Positions 48,741 to 60,952 of a DNA stretch of 64,000 bases are shown one piece after another; position 1 is the first letter of the stretch; each line of letters begins with the position of its first letter. Below the pieces are notes generated by a model. The model made no database searches. It was not told the origin of the DNA and worked only from the letters and a program-made list of their open reading frames with translations. Position numbers and translations under genes: made by a program. Origin of the DNA: Opitutales bacterium (GTDB taxonomy: Bacteria > Verrucomicrobiota > Verrucomicrobiia > Opitutales > UBA2987); the NCBI GenBank assembly GCA_965226885.1, contig CBDDEL010000013.1:416001-480000 (forward strand). Reading direction: 5' to 3'.

Positions 48741-50570
48741 GTGAAATTCGCGGAACGTCATTACGCTTTTCGATGGGACCTGAAAAATCCCCGGGAGAAA
48801 CTATGGCCGCTGATTGCGGATACCAATCGCTTTAACCGCGACACCGGCCTGCCGCCTATGATTACGGAGGGTATGGATGCGGAAAACCCAGCGGTGCGAA
48901 TGATGCGTTTGAAATTCTGGGGCATGACCATTCGATGACGCGAATATCCATTTGACTGGGTTGCGCCCGAACGGTTCGGCGTGGTCCGGCGTTACATTAA
49001 CGGGCCTCTGGAAAGCCTTCGCATGCAAACCGTTCTGGAATCAAAAGAAAACGGGACCCTGCTACACTACAACGTCTGGATTGTGCCGCGAAATTTAATC
49101 GGGTGGCTGGCTGCCCCGTTGCAGATCGGTATTTCAGCCCGGCACAGTTTTGAACGCGCCTTCCGCCATTATGACAAACTGGCAACCGAAGGCTCCTCGG
49201 TCTTGAGAGAAGAACGCCCCCGGAGGCCGGGCAAGGCCCTCGCTTTTGGCGCTCGGCGGCGTTTGCGCGAAATTGAGCAGCGGCTGATTAAAAAAACCGG
49301 TTTCGATTCCTCAATACTCAACCCGGTATTGCATCTTGTGCAAACCGGCGACGATCTTTCCCTCAACCGGATGCGTCCCTATGTTCTGGCAAAATTGTGG
49401 AAATTACCCCGCCAGGCCCTTCTCGATTTGTTTCTCCATGCCACGCGGGAGGGATTGCTCGATTTCAGTTGGGAAATCCTTTGCCCGCTCTGCCGGGGAG
49501 CGAAGTCCACCGTGGCCAGCCTGCGCCAGTTGGAGGACGCCGCCCATTGCGATACTTGCAACATCCGGTTCGACACAAATCTGGACCAGGCGGTTGAACT
49601 CGTATTCTCGCCGAATCCGTCCATCAGAAGCATAGAGTCGCACGAATTTTGTGTCGGCGGCCCACAGGTAACGCCCCATATCATTGCCCAGCAAACCCTG
49701 CCTTCCGGCAAAAGTGTGCAATGGGGCCTTGATCTAGAGCCGGGCCGCTATCGTCTGCGGGCGGCATCGCAAAACGAATGCTCTTACCTCAATGTTATCG
49801 ATGGGGGAAACAAATCCCCGTCCATTGCAATCAACGAGGAAGGTTGGACTCCGGCAGATAGTTCCCTCGCTCCCACAAGCCAGTTAAATGTTTCCAATCA
49901 AAGCGAAATCCCTCAGCTCGCCATACTTGAGCAATTGGCCTGGATGGATGATGCCGTAACGGCCGCCGAAGTGACGGCGCGGCAGGCCTTTCGCGATCTC
50001 TTTTCGAGCGAAGTGATCGCTTACGGGGAGAAAATTTCGGTCGGCAATATAACCCTCGTTTTCACTGATCTACGCAATTCCACCAGCCTCTATGAAAAAA
50101 TCGGCGACGCTCCCGCTTTCGGTGTCGTCATGGATCATTTTGAAATTCTCAAAAAGCATGTGGCCGCACACGATGGCGCCATTATCAAAACAATGGGCGA
50201 CGCCATCATGGCGGCCTTTATCCAGCCGGTTAATGCGTTGCAGGCCATGCTGGCCGCGCAGGAAGAACTGACTGGTGGATCGGGCGGGTGCCCCCTCGGC
50301 CTCAAGGGAGGAATCCACAGCGGACCCTGCATTGCTATCAATCAGGATGACCGCCTCGATTATTTCGGGGCCGCCGTCAACCTGACGGCCCGCCTGGAAG
50401 GGCTTTCCTGCGGCGAGGACATCGTGGTCTCACAAACCTTTCTGGAAGAACCGACGGTTAAAGCTTTCCTTGAGGAAAAATCCAGTCAACTGAAGGTTGA
50501 ACCCGGAACCGCCCGGGTAAAAGGGATCGAGGCCGGCCCCGTCAAATTCGCCCGAATCCGCAAAATTTGA
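48741..50570 (+). pseudogene. Class III adenylate/guanylate cyclase (SRPBCC-like + DUF5939-like + cyclase) with in-frame TGA
   Basis: ORFs 48741 and 48981 share a frame across TGA 48936-48938; CPLC/CDTC, FTDLRNST, KTMGDAIMA, DYFGAAVNLTARL. Confidence 0.85.
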
Positions 50571-50608
50571 ACTGGAATCTTGAGGGAAAATACTTACTCT
50601 CATAGAGT

Positions 50609-51421
50609 ATGAAATGGAAATCGGATAACGGGGTAGTTTTGGCATTTATTTTCGCATTATTTTTAATTGCAGGATGCTACACGGTTCCGGAAACGGGGCG
50701 CACAGCTTTGAATATTTTGCCCGACGGGCAGGTCAACCAGCTGGCCCTGGCTTCTTTCAACCAGATGAAAGTGGAGGAAAAAATTTCTGAGGACACCGAA
50801 ATGATTGACCGGGTGAACCGGGTGGGACGGCGCATCGCGGAATCGGTGGGCGAGGATTTGCCAAAAGCCGACTGGGAATTCGTCGTTTTCGACGACGATG
50901 AAATGATAAACGCCTTCGCCATGCCGGGAGGCAAAGTTGGGGTTTATAGCGGGCTTTTCAAAATCGCCACGACTGACAGCATGTTGGCGGTCGTCATGGG
51001 GCACGAGATTGCCCATGTGGTGGCCCGCCACGCCAACCAGCGATCATCCCGCGGAATTCTCGTTCAATTGCTCTCCATCGGAGTGGATTCGGCCATGGAG
51101 GATAGCAGTGTGCGAAGCCGCCGGGCGGTCAATTCAGCCATTCGCACAGGCGCGACCTTCGGTTACCAGATGCCTTATAGCCGGTTGAGCGAACGGGAGG
51201 CAGATCATCTCGGGTTGATATATTTGGCTCGTGCGGGCTACGATCCGGTGGCTTCCTTGGAATTCTGGCGTCGCATGGAAGAAGCCAATACCAGTCCGAA
51301 ACCACCCGAATTCCTTTCCACTCATCCGTCGGGTGAAAAACGCCGGGAACAGCTTCTGGAATTAATGCCCCTGGCTCTCGAGGAGTACAAAATCGCCCTG
51401 CAGAAGGGCAAGGTTCAGTAA
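50609..51421 (+). CDS. M48-family metallopeptidase lipoprotein
   Basis: Lipobox LIAGC, NAFAMPGG, HEIAH, EREADHLG, FLSTHP. Confidence 0.92.
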   Translation: MKWKSDNGVVLAFIFALFLIAGCYTVPETGRTALNILPDGQVNQLALASFNQMKVEEKISEDTEMIDRVNRVGRRIAESVGEDLPKADWEFVVFDDDEMINAFAMPGGKVGVYSGLFKIATTDSMLAVVMGHEIAHVVARHANQRSSRGILVQLLSIGVDSAMEDSSVRSRRAVNSAIRTGATFGYQMPYSRLSEREADHLGLIYLARAGYDPVASLEFWRRMEEANTSPKPPEFLSTHPSGEKRREQLLELMPLALEEYKIALQKGKVQ

Positions 51422-51521
51422 ATAAAGCCTTCGACTTCCGCTGTGGCCATTGCACTCCCATCTAAACACCGACCCGACCTGGCAATCCACGATGCTTATT
51501 AAAAGAACTGGTGAATAAAGA

Positions 51522-52187
51522 ATGAACAACGAGAGCTCAGATGAATTGGTCCAATATTACGCGGACCGAGCCAAGGAATATGATAAAATTTATGAGCGAG
51601 AGGACTTCAAAGCGGCTGTCCCGTATCTGCTTTCGGTTCTCCGAAACATTTTTGTTGATCGAACGGTTTTGGAGGTTGCATGTGGAACAGGATTTGCAAC
51701 CAAGGACATTGCCAAAGTTGCGAAGAGCGTTCTAGCAACGGACATCAACGAAGAAGTTTTGGAGATTGCCAAGGTGAAGCTGGAATGTGCTGAGAATGTG
51801 GGTTTCCTGAGAGATGATGCCTTCAAGCTGGATCGGGTAAGCGGCAATTTTGATTCAGGTTACGCGGGATTTCTATGGTCCCACATCGAAAAACGGCGAC
51901 GTAGTGAATTCCTGACTGCTTTTCACTCTAAAATTCGACCTGGAGGGCTCGTGGTTTTATGTGACAGTCTGCCTGTCATGAGCGCATTTCGCTGGCCATT
52001 TACACGCACTGATGACGATGGCAATACGTATCAGACTCGCAGGTTGGAGAATGGAGATAAATATGAAGTCTTGAAGAATCTGACGACTCGCGAGGAATTT
52101 TCGGAAACGATTGAGGGACTAGGTGCGGACTTGGAGTGGCAGGAGATCGAATTTATTTGGTGTGCTTCGTATCGGTTGCCAAATTAA
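51522..52187 (+). CDS. Class I SAM-dependent methyltransferase
   Basis: YYADRAKEYD, VLEVACGTG, ATDIN, FLWSHI. Confidence 0.88.
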   Translation: MNNESSDELVQYYADRAKEYDKIYEREDFKAAVPYLLSVLRNIFVDRTVLEVACGTGFATKDIAKVAKSVLATDINEEVLEIAKVKLECAENVGFLRDDAFKLDRVSGNFDSGYAGFLWSHIEKRRRSEFLTAFHSKIRPGGLVVLCDSLPVMSAFRWPFTRTDDDGNTYQTRRLENGDKYEVLKNLTTREEFSETIEGLGADLEWQEIEFIWCASYRLPN

Positions 52188-52335
52188 GATTTCGTCCGGA
52201 TTTCTAGCTAAATTAACCATTCCAGAATTTCTTCCAATCCGTGAATACAACTCAAACCACTCTCAATGGTGAATGAGGGGTGCTTTTTAAATAAGCAATA
52301 AACGTATATATAAATAATGGGATTGGGATTGCGGC

Positions 52336-53622
52336 GTGGCAAAAATTTTCACACATTATGGCCTTATTAAAACCTGGAAAATAAGGCATTCGAATAAGTA
52401 TTTGCGGGGGGCGGTATTATTATTAACCGGCTCCATTTGCCTGTATTGGCCGTCTGCCCAGGCGGTTTCACCGGAAGCCGAATCTCGTTCCCGGCGTTAC
52501 GTGGAAAAGGGCAAGGAGTTGGCCGATGTGGGGGATGCCCAAGGCGCTATCTTTGATTTCACGGAAGCCATCAGGGTCGATCCGGAAAATACCCAGGCCT
52601 ATATCATGCGAGGCAAGACCCGTTATAAACAGGGCAATACCGACGGGGCTATCTACGATTTTACCGAGGCAATTGAAGTGGACGCCCGCCAGGACCTGGC
52701 TTTTTTCGAGCGCAGCAAGGCTAATATCAAAAAATACGATTGGGAGGGAGCAATCGAAGACCTGGCCGAGGCGATCCGACTGAAACCGGGCCATTCGCCC
52801 TACCATTTGGCCCAGGCGAGCCTGCGCAGCAAGCGAAAGAATTATGCCGGAGCGGTCGAAGATTATGACCGGGTGCTCGATTTATTGCGCCAGGGCGTCC
52901 GTGACACCAGGACTAACCCAGCTCTGGATGTGGTTTCTCTGACTTTGCTCAGGGGCAGGGCAAAATTTTTTGCCGGGGATTCGGAAGGGGCGCTGCGCGA
53001 TATTAACAAAGCTATTAAGCAAGACCGCCGGTTTTCCCTCGCCTACCAAATCCGGGCCGATGTGAAATTCGCCCAGGGCCTCTACGATAGCGCTTTGGTC
53101 GATTTCGGAAAAGCCATCAAGATGAATCGCAATGCAGCCGGAAATTATTTCTCAAGAGGATTACTTTATTATTCCCAGGATAAGCTGCCGGAAGCCCTGG
53201 CAGATATCGACAAAGGATTGCGCCTGGCCAAGCAAAGCGAGGGTAGGGACTATGCCCGCCTCTGGAAGTGGATGATGCGCGCACGATTGGGTGAACTGGA
53301 AAAGGCCAACAAAGCGCTGATCCTGCAATTGGCGGACCGTTCCGAAGAATCCATGGGCGATTGGTATGAAAAAATAGCCCGGTTTGCCCTGGGCCAGGAT
53401 AGCGAAGAGTCTTTATTTAAGACAGCCGCCAATGAGGACCCCATCACGGAACGGGAACAATTCTGCGAAGCTTATTTTTATGCCGCCCAATGGCATCTGC
53501 TGAACCGGAAAAAGGAAAAAGCGGTGGAATTACTGGAACATTGCCTGGATACGGGAATCGTCGATTTTTATGAATTTAAAATTGCCCGTGGACAACTGAA
53601 CGACCTCCGTGAGGAAGGGTAA
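52336..53622 (+). CDS. TPR-repeat protein with NlpI-like C-terminus (start uncertain)
   Basis: Repeated GAIxDFTEAI TPRs; CEAYFY...FYEF terminal motif. Confidence 0.8.
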   Translation: MAKIFTHYGLIKTWKIRHSNKYLRGAVLLLTGSICLYWPSAQAVSPEAESRSRRYVEKGKELADVGDAQGAIFDFTEAIRVDPENTQAYIMRGKTRYKQGNTDGAIYDFTEAIEVDARQDLAFFERSKANIKKYDWEGAIEDLAEAIRLKPGHSPYHLAQASLRSKRKNYAGAVEDYDRVLDLLRQGVRDTRTNPALDVVSLTLLRGRAKFFAGDSEGALRDINKAIKQDRRFSLAYQIRADVKFAQGLYDSALVDFGKAIKMNRNAAGNYFSRGLLYYSQDKLPEALADIDKGLRLAKQSEGRDYARLWKWMMRARLGELEKANKALILQLADRSEESMGDWYEKIARFALGQDSEESLFKTAANEDPITEREQFCEAYFYAAQWHLLNRKKEKAVELLEHCLDTGIVDFYEFKIARGQLNDLREEG

Positions 53623-53661
53623 ATCCTCCATCCAAACGAAGTTTAAGTTCCTGGTAAAAGT

Positions 53662-54189
53662 TTAGCGGTTTTTTGGGCGGAATACTTTGATTACCGACTC
53701 GTTGCTCTCCAGGTAATCGCCCTCGATCAAATCGATGCAGTAGGGAATGGCGGGAAAAACAGCCTCCAGGCACTCCCGGATGGCCTTGGGTTTGCCCGGC
53801 AAGTTGAGAATCAGGCAGCGGCCTCGAATACCCGCAGTTTGTCTCGAAAGGATGGCCGTGGGGACATAGCGTAATGAGGTTGCCCGCATCCATTCGCCGA
53901 AACCGGGCAGCATTTTTTGACAAACGTCCTCGGTCGCCTCCGGGGTGACATCGCGGTAAGCCGGGCCGGTTCCGCCGGTAGTTACGATGAGGCAGCATCC
54001 TCGATTGTCGGCAAAGTCGATGAGGGTTTTTGCAATGAGAGGCTGTTCATCCGGAACCACGGCGTACTCCGGCTCCCAGGGCGTTTTCAGGTATTCGTTG
54101 AGCAGGGCAACGACGGCTTTTCCGGGTAAATCTTCATAGACACCCGCGCTGGCCCGGTCGGATATGTTGACGATTCCGATTTTTGTCAT
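53662..54189 (-). CDS. mog: Molybdopterin adenylyltransferase
   Basis: SDRASAGVYED, TTGGTGP, RDVTPEAT, SRQTAGIR, NLPGKPKAI. Confidence 0.93.
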   Translation of the reverse strand: MTKIGIVNISDRASAGVYEDLPGKAVVALLNEYLKTPWEPEYAVVPDEQPLIAKTLIDFADNRGCCLIVTTGGTGPAYRDVTPEATEDVCQKMLPGFGEWMRATSLRYVPTAILSRQTAGIRGRCLILNLPGKPKAIRECLEAVFPAIPYCIDLIEGDYLESNESVIKVFRPKNR

Positions 54190-54424
54190 GCTTGTGAATT
54201 GTGGCAGCAAGGCTAAAGAGACAACCCTCTTTTTCCCACACGAATACCGGAATTGAATTTAAATACCGGAATCTGTCTTCAAAGCGTCAATTAGGGTACT
54301 TTTGAAAACCTTGGTATTTTTTCTTGATTTCCAAATTTAAAAACATAAATTCTCGCATTTTCAGGTATTTGTTCCGCCCGCCCCCTAACTATTTAAAAGC
54401 TGGAAAATCGATTGTTGCCCAACT

Positions 54425-55852
54425 GTGTCAGCCAATAACCTCAAAAGTTTAACAAGTCTCCAGGGTGATCGGCTTCCTGTCAAAAGTGAGCGTGACGGCC
54501 ACCGCTCTATAGAGATTAAAAAAGGTCTCAATCTGCCCATCATGGGTGAGCCGGAGCCAATCCTGGAGGATGCCCCCAAAGTCGGCATGGCTGCCGTTAT
54601 TGGGACCGACTATCTCGGGTTGAAGCCCACCATGGCGGTTGCAGAGGGGGACAGGGTCAAGCGGGGCCAGCTACTCTTTACGGACAAAAAAAATCCGGAA
54701 GTGGGCTATACGGCACCCGCTGGTGGAACGATTACCGCCATTCACAGGGGTGATAGAAGAGCCCTCCTCTCGGTGGAAATCGCAGTGGGGGACGTGGAGG
54801 AAGAAGAAACCTTCGCCTCCTATGAGGCGAATCGGCTCGCTACTCTTTCCGCCCAGGAAGTCAAAGCCAACCTGCTGGCTTCCGGTCTTTGGACGGCATT
54901 GCGAACGAGACCATTCAGCAAGGTCCCATCACCGCAAACGGAGCCCCATTCCCTCTTTGTCAATGCCATGGACACGAATCCGATGGCTATCGACCCGATG
55001 TTCGTCATCGATAAACGGAAGAGTGATTTTATCAATGGACTTACGGCGCTTTCCAAACTGACCGGCGGCAAACTCTACCTCTGCGGCAAAGCGGGAGACG
55101 ACATTCCCGGCAAGGAACTCGATTTTGTCAGTTGGGCGGAATTCAAGGGCCCTCATCCTGCCGGTTTGGCCGGGACGCACATACACTACCTGGATCCGGT
55201 CAGCGCCCATAAAACCGTCTGGCATGTGAACTACCAGGACGTTCTCGCCATGGGCAAACTGTTCACCACCGGCAAGCTTGATGTGGAGAGAATCATTTCC
55301 CTGGCCGGGCCCATGATAAAGCGTCCCCGGTATCTGCGCACCCGGCTGGGAGCCAGCGTTAAGGAAATCGTCAAAGGCGAATTAGCGGAAGAGGATGTCC
55401 GCACCATTTCAGGCTCAGTTTTATACGGGCACAGGGCGGCCGGAGCGCATGCTTTTCTAGGCCGCTACCATTTGCAAATCAGCGCCATCAGGGAAAATCC
55501 GGAGAGGCTGTTTCTCGAATGGCATCGGCCTGGATTCGACCGGTTTTCGGTAAAACGGACTTTTATATCAAATATTTTTCGCGGAAAGAAGTTCGCCTTC
55601 ACCACTTCGAAGGAGGGAAGCGACCGCGCCATGGTCCCGATCGGCACCTATGAAAATGTGATGCCTCTGGATCTGGTCATAACTTTTCTCCTGCGCGCCC
55701 TCATCGTGGCAGACACGGACCAGGCGCAAGCCCTCGGCTGCCTGGAGCTGGATGAGGAAGATTTGGCCCTGTGCACCTTTGTCTGTCCCGCGAAATACGA
55801 TTTTGGCCCCATCCTGAGGCAAAACCTCACCACTATTGAAATTGATGGCTGA
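54425..55852 (+). CDS. nqrA: Na+-translocating NADH:quinone reductase subunit A
   Basis: [30 protein letters not shown]. Confidence 0.95.
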   Translation: MSANNLKSLTSLQGDRLPVKSERDGHRSIEIKKGLNLPIMGEPEPILEDAPKVGMAAVIGTDYLGLKPTMAVAEGDRVKRGQLLFTDKKNPEVGYTAPAGGTITAIHRGDRRALLSVEIAVGDVEEEETFASYEANRLATLSAQEVKANLLASGLWTALRTRPFSKVPSPQTEPHSLFVNAMDTNPMAIDPMFVIDKRKSDFINGLTALSKLTGGKLYLCGKAGDDIPGKELDFVSWAEFKGPHPAGLAGTHIHYLDPVSAHKTVWHVNYQDVLAMGKLFTTGKLDVERIISLAGPMIKRPRYLRTRLGASVKEIVKGELAEEDVRTISGSVLYGHRAAGAHAFLGRYHLQISAIRENPERLFLEWHRPGFDRFSVKRTFISNIFRGKKFAFTTSKEGSDRAMVPIGTYENVMPLDLVITFLLRALIVADTDQAQALGCLELDEEDLALCTFVCPAKYDFGPILRQNLTTIEIDG

Positions 55853-55861
55853 CCTGATATT

Positions 55862-57070
55862 ATGAAGTTTTTAAGAAATTTTCTGGACGGTCTTCATCCC
55901 CATTTCAGCAAAGGCGGAAAGTTTTCCAAACTCTATCCGCTGTACGAGGCCGCAGATACTTTTCTCTATTCTCCCGGCCATGTTACCGAAGGCCACACGC
56001 ACGTGCGCGATGGGCTGGATCAAAAGCGGCTCATGATCACCGTGGGGGTGGCCCTGGGTCCCTGCGTCCTCATGGCCCTATACAATACAGGCTACCAGGC
56101 AAACCTGGCCATGGCCGAAATGGGTATTGGGCAAGCGCCCGGATGGAGGGGACTGGTCATGCAATTTTTGGGCATGGATTATGATTCTCAAAACCTGTTG
56201 TCCAATATACTCCACGGCTCGCTCTATTTTGTACCCGTATTTCTGGTCTGCAATATTGTCGGCGGTCTTTGGGAGGTTCTTTTCGCGTCCGTCCGGGGTC
56301 ACGAAATCAATGAAGGTTTTCTCGTTACCGGATTGCTTTTCCCTCTGACCCTGCCGGGCACCATTCCACTCTGGCAGGTTGCTCTGGGAATCAGTTTTGG
56401 GGTGGTCATAGGGAAAGAAATTTTCGGTGGAACGGGGAAAAATTTTCTCAATCCCGCCCTTACCGCGCGCGCCTTCGTCTTTTTTGCCTACCCGGCCCAG
56501 ATGAGCGGCGATGCCATCTGGACCGCGGTGGACGGTTTCAGCGGGGCCACACCGCTCGGGTTGGTGGCGGCGGAGGGAATGGACGCCCTCACTGCCACCA
56601 TCACATGGAATCAGGCTTTTGTCGGTCAAATCCAGGGATCGATGGGGGAAACCTCGACCATTGCCTGCCTTTTGGGAGCGGCCTTTTTACTCTATACCGG
56701 GATCGGCTCCTGGCGTATCATGCTCTCCGTTCTGATCGGCGCTGTTTTAACGTCCTCCCTGCTTTATTTTGCGGGCAGCGAGACGAATCCCATGTTCCAG
56801 ATGGACCCCGCCTGGCATATGGTATTGGGAGGGTTTGCCTTTGGCCTGGTATTCATGGCGACCGACCCTGTTTCCGCCTCCATGACCCAAACCGGCCAAT
56901 GGTTCTATGGATTTTTGATCGGATTCATGGTCATTCTCATCCGCGTCATCAATCCTGCCTTTCCCGAGGGCATGATGCTTTCGATTTTATTCGGGAACGT
57001 TTTTGCTCCTGTCATTGACTACGTAGTGGTACAAGCTAGTATTAAGCGCAGGAGGTCGAGAAATGGGTAA
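55862..57070 (+). CDS. nqrB: Na+-NQR subunit B
   Basis: [25 protein letters not shown] site, FMATDPVS. Confidence 0.96.
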   Translation: MKFLRNFLDGLHPHFSKGGKFSKLYPLYEAADTFLYSPGHVTEGHTHVRDGLDQKRLMITVGVALGPCVLMALYNTGYQANLAMAEMGIGQAPGWRGLVMQFLGMDYDSQNLLSNILHGSLYFVPVFLVCNIVGGLWEVLFASVRGHEINEGFLVTGLLFPLTLPGTIPLWQVALGISFGVVIGKEIFGGTGKNFLNPALTARAFVFFAYPAQMSGDAIWTAVDGFSGATPLGLVAAEGMDALTATITWNQAFVGQIQGSMGETSTIACLLGAAFLLYTGIGSWRIMLSVLIGAVLTSSLLYFAGSETNPMFQMDPAWHMVLGGFAFGLVFMATDPVSASMTQTGQWFYGFLIGFMVILIRVINPAFPEGMMLSILFGNVFAPVIDYVVVQASIKRRRSRNG

Positions 57071-57839
57071 CGATACGATCAGAAAAACTCTATTGATCGC
57101 CGGGCTGCTTTCTCTTATCTGTTCGGCCTTTGTTTCCAGCTCGGCCGTATTTTTGAGGCCCAACCAGGCCAGAAACAAGGATTTGGACCGCAAGAAAAAC
57201 ATCCTCATGGCAGCCGGTCTTTACGAGAAGGGGAGGGCGGTGGAGGAACTTTTCCAGAAATTCGAGATCCGGGTGGTCGAACTGGCCACCGGTCAATACG
57301 ATGAGAATTTCGACGCCACCACCTTCGATCAGCGGAAGGCTGCGCGCAGCGCGGAGATGGGGTTGGAAATCACTAGAAAGATGGACTTGGCCGGAATCAA
57401 GCGCAGGTCCCGCTACGCCCCGGTTTACATCTCCAGAGACGATAAGGGGACATTTCAGCAATTGGTGCTGCCGGTCCACGGCAGGGGTTTGTGGTCCACC
57501 ATGTATGGCTTTATCGCTCTGGATGCGAACTTGACCACGATCAATGGTTTTGCCTTTTATGAGCACGGAGAAACCCCCGGCTTGGGCGGTGAAGTCGATA
57601 ACCCCGACTGGAAGGCCCAGTGGGTGGGGAAAAAGGCCTTTGACGAGGCGGGCCGCATCGGAATCAAGGTTCTCAAGGGCAAGGTGAACCCCCAAAGCCC
57701 CAACGCCCAATATGAGGTGGACGGCTTGTCGGGGGCGACCATCACCACTCGAGGGGTGGATGCGCTGCTGCACTACTGGCTGGGAGAAGAGGGGTTTAAA
57801 CCATTTTTAATCCAATTACGAAAAGAGGAAGGTTTATAA
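57063..57839 (+). CDS. nqrC: Na+-NQR subunit C
   Basis: [30 protein letters not shown] site. Confidence 0.96.
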   Translation: MGNDTIRKTLLIAGLLSLICSAFVSSSAVFLRPNQARNKDLDRKKNILMAAGLYEKGRAVEELFQKFEIRVVELATGQYDENFDATTFDQRKAARSAEMGLEITRKMDLAGIKRRSRYAPVYISRDDKGTFQQLVLPVHGRGLWSTMYGFIALDANLTTINGFAFYEHGETPGLGGEVDNPDWKAQWVGKKAFDEAGRIGIKVLKGKVNPQSPNAQYEVDGLSGATITTRGVDALLHYWLGEEGFKPFLIQLRKEEGL

Positions 57840-57845
57840 TTTAAT

Positions 57846-58469
57846 ATGGCTGATAAACCTTCAAAAGTTTTCATCGATCCCTTTTTCAACAGCAACCCCA
57901 TTGCCCTGCAGGTGCTCGGCATCTGTTCGGCCCTGGCCATCACCTCCAAGCTGGAAACCGTCTTCGTGATGGCAGCCGCCGTCACCATAGTCAACGGCTT
58001 GTCCAATGCCAGCGTCAGCCTGATCCGCAACCACATACCCAACAGCATCCGCATCATCGTGCAGATGACCATAATCGCATCGCTCGTCATCGTGGTGGAC
58101 CAGGTGCTCAAGGCCTACTCTTACGAAATCAGCAAACAACTCTCCATCTTTGTTGGCTTGATTATTACCAACTGCATCATCATGGGTCGGGCGGAGGCCT
58201 TTGCCATGAAGGAACCGGTCGGGTTGAGCTTTTTGGACGGCATCGGCAACGGCCTCGGTTACAGCCTGATCCTGGTGGTGGTGGGTGTCATCCGCGAGTT
58301 GTTCGGGTCGGGCCGGCTGCTCGGCCATGTTGTGCTGCCACTTTCGACGGAGGGAGGCTGGTATGTATCCAACGGGCTGCTCCTGCTGCCGCCCAGCGCC
58401 TTTTTTATCATCGGTTTATACATCTGGGTTCTGAGGACCTGGAAACGCGAACAGTTGGAGGAGAATTAA
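57846..58469 (+). CDS. nqrD: Na+-NQR subunit D
   Basis: [26 protein letters not shown]. Confidence 0.96.
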   Translation: MADKPSKVFIDPFFNSNPIALQVLGICSALAITSKLETVFVMAAAVTIVNGLSNASVSLIRNHIPNSIRIIVQMTIIASLVIVVDQVLKAYSYEISKQLSIFVGLIITNCIIMGRAEAFAMKEPVGLSFLDGIGNGLGYSLILVVVGVIRELFGSGRLLGHVVLPLSTEGGWYVSNGLLLLPPSAFFIIGLYIWVLRTWKREQLEEN

Positions 58470-58476
58470 ACAGTCC

Positions 58477-59088
58477 ATGATCGAATCTTTTCTCAGCCTG
58501 TTTTTGACCGCCGTATTCGTCGAGAATATGGCGCTGGCATTTTTCCTCGGCATGTGCACCTTCCTGGCCGTTTCCAAAACCATAGAAATGGCTTTTGGTT
58601 TGGGGTTGGCCGTCATAACGGTGTTGACCCTCACTGTTCCGGTCAACAACCTCATTTTCCAGTATATCTTGCAGGAGGATGCGCTGGCCTGGGCCGGAAT
58701 TACGGGAATCGACCTGAGCTTCCTCGGGTTGATCTGCTATATCGGTGTCATCGCCGCTATGGTGCAGATTCTGGAAATGACTTTGGACAAGTTTTTCCCC
58801 GCCCTCTACAATGCACTGGGTATCTTTCTGCCCCTCATTACTGTCAATTGCGCCATTCTTGGCAGTGTTCTTCTCATGGTCGAGCGCAACTACAACTTCG
58901 CCGAGAGCGTGGTTTTCGGGTTTGGTTCGGGCTTCGGCTGGGCCATCGCCATCGTGGGGCTGGCCGGAATCCGTGAGAAGCTCAAATACAGCGATATCCC
59001 CGTGGGATTAAGGGGGCTAGGCATCACCTTTATCACCGTTGGTCTAATGTCCCTGGCCTTTATGGCCTTTTCCGGGATTCAGCTCTGA
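58477..59088 (+). CDS. nqrE: Na+-NQR subunit E
   Basis: [28 protein letters not shown]. Confidence 0.96.
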   Translation: MIESFLSLFLTAVFVENMALAFFLGMCTFLAVSKTIEMAFGLGLAVITVLTLTVPVNNLIFQYILQEDALAWAGITGIDLSFLGLICYIGVIAAMVQILEMTLDKFFPALYNALGIFLPLITVNCAILGSVLLMVERNYNFAESVVFGFGSGFGWAIAIVGLAGIREKLKYSDIPVGLRGLGITFITVGLMSLAFMAFSGIQL

Positions 59089-59102
59089 ATGGGTTTAAAT
59101 TA

Positions 59103-60919
59103 GAGGCTGTCCCAAAAATATAAAGATTTTATAGTCAACTGGATGACGTTGATAAAAAGAGCCGGAAAGAGCAAGTTTTTGCTCGATCCGGCCAAAAAAG
59201 GGTTCTATAATTGAGTTAGCGAAAATCAATATAGCCCTTTCTATGAAAAATATAGCCATCCAATGCCTCCTGCGTCCAGCTTTAACTGTGGTCGACCGGT
59301 GCCTCGATTACGATAACTTCCGCGCCACCATTGATCGAATCGATCGGCTGCTGATCGACTCGGAGGTGGAATCGCAGGCCATTGAGCTGGCCTTGGAGGG
59401 GTGGCCGCCAATGGGTCTAAAGGCCCGGCGGCAGCGGGCCAGTTTTGCCATCAAGGCACTGCGCATGGATACGTTGGGCCGTCTGCTCGGAGGGATTTCG
59501 TTTCGGCATTTGTCGCGGGCTCTGGGCAGCAGCGATCTGTTGGCCGACTTTTGCCGTGTCCGGCAGATCGATGGCATCAGGGGCATCTCCAAAAGCACCC
59601 TGGAGCGGGCCTCGAAGTTTTTCAGCGAAGAGCAGTTGAGGGCCTTGCACCGGACCTTGACTGAGGTGGTGGGCGATGCCCTTCTGGCCCGGCAGGTGGG
59701 ATTGGACAAGCCGATTGACACCACCATTTGCCTGATCGACGGCACCTGTTTGGAGGCTAACATTCATTGGCCGACGGACTGGGTATTACTCAAGGATGTA
59801 GCCGGCACGTTGCTCAAAGCGATCCGGCTGATCCGCGAGAAGGCCGGTTTGCGCCATCGCATGCCGATCGAACCGGAGCCCTTGGCTCGGCAGATGAATC
59901 GGCTGTGCATACAGATGACCCACAGCCGGCGGCGAAAGGACAGCGCGCGGCAGCGCAAGGGTATCTTGAGGCAGATGAAAAAGCTGCTCAAACGGATCGG
60001 GGAGCATGCCCGCAGTCACCGGGAATTATTGCAAGCCTGCTGGGAGCAAGGCGATTACAGCGAAAAACAGGTCCAACAGATCCTCGCCCGGATGGAGCGC
60101 ATGAGCGAGCAAATCCCGGTGGTCATCAAACAGGCGCACGAGCGGATCATTGGCGGCCGCCAGGTGAAAAACGCAGAGAAAGTCTTGAGTGTTTACGAAC
60201 TCGATGGGCAGGTGATTGTGCGAGGTAAAGCGGGCCAAGAGGTCGAGTTCGGCAACACCCTGTTTTTGGGAGAAAGCGTTGAAGGGTACCTGCTGGACTG
60301 GAAACTCTACGGCAGCCGAACTCCAAGCGAAAATGAACAAATGCAAGAGAGTTTGCAAAGACAGAACCGCTTCAACCTGGAAGAACCCATAGCGGCCATG
60401 TGCGCGGACCGGGGATTTGCCTCCCAGCGGGCCCGCCGGCAGTTAGCCCAGGAGGGAATCTACGACGCGCTCTGTCCACGCGATCCGAAGCAGTTGAAAA
60501 AACGGATGGAGGAACCACTGTTCAGACAATTGCAAAAGCGCCGGGCCAGCACCGAAGGGCGGATCGGGGTATTGAAGAATCGCTGGCAGGCCGGGCGGTT
60601 GCGCAGCAAAGGCTTTGCCAACCGCTCGATCAGCGTAGCCTGGTCGGTACTCTCGCACAACCTATGGAAAGTAGCCAAGATGCTGGCCCAGCAAGACGAA
60701 CTAAAAACCAAAGCGGCGGCCTAGAGAGCGGAAAAGCAAGGACAATACTTTTTCACAGCCTTACTGTCGGCTCATACAAAGAAAACCAGGCAACCGGACC
60801 CCAAAACCAGTATCCTAACGTCATAGGAGAGCAAAGTTGATACTCTCCCAAATGCAAATACCTCTAAAATGAGCGCCTATCAAAAGCCCTCGCAAAAATC
60901 ACCCTTTTGGGACAGCCTC
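59103..60919 (+). mobile_element. ISNCY/IS5-like element, copy 3 (1817 bp), between nqrE and nqrF
   Basis: Same IRs; flanks TAAATTA / CAAATTA. Confidence 0.95.
59243..60724 (+). CDS. DDE transposase, ISNCY/IS5-like
   Basis: Near-identical to the other two copies. Confidence 0.88.
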   Translation: MKNIAIQCLLRPALTVVDRCLDYDNFRATIDRIDRLLIDSEVESQAIELALEGWPPMGLKARRQRASFAIKALRMDTLGRLLGGISFRHLSRALGSSDLLADFCRVRQIDGIRGISKSTLERASKFFSEEQLRALHRTLTEVVGDALLARQVGLDKPIDTTICLIDGTCLEANIHWPTDWVLLKDVAGTLLKAIRLIREKAGLRHRMPIEPEPLARQMNRLCIQMTHSRRRKDSARQRKGILRQMKKLLKRIGEHARSHRELLQACWEQGDYSEKQVQQILARMERMSEQIPVVIKQAHERIIGGRQVKNAEKVLSVYELDGQVIVRGKAGQEVEFGNTLFLGESVEGYLLDWKLYGSRTPSENEQMQESLQRQNRFNLEEPIAAMCADRGFASQRARRQLAQEGIYDALCPRDPKQLKKRMEEPLFRQLQKRRASTEGRIGVLKNRWQAGRLRSKGFANRSISVAWSVLSHNLWKVAKMLAQQDELKTKAAA

Positions 60920-60952
60920 CAAATTAATGGTGGAACACTGCCGGTAAAAAAA

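Noticed and set aside
48936..48938. UGA reassignment (Trp/Sec) as an alternative genetic code
   Set aside because: Many conserved genes here end properly at TGA (metF, ggt, nqrA, nqrE) and use TGG for Trp.
60869..60952. N-terminal extension of NqrF
   Set aside because: It derives from the IS end and spacer; the typical TM start is at 60953.
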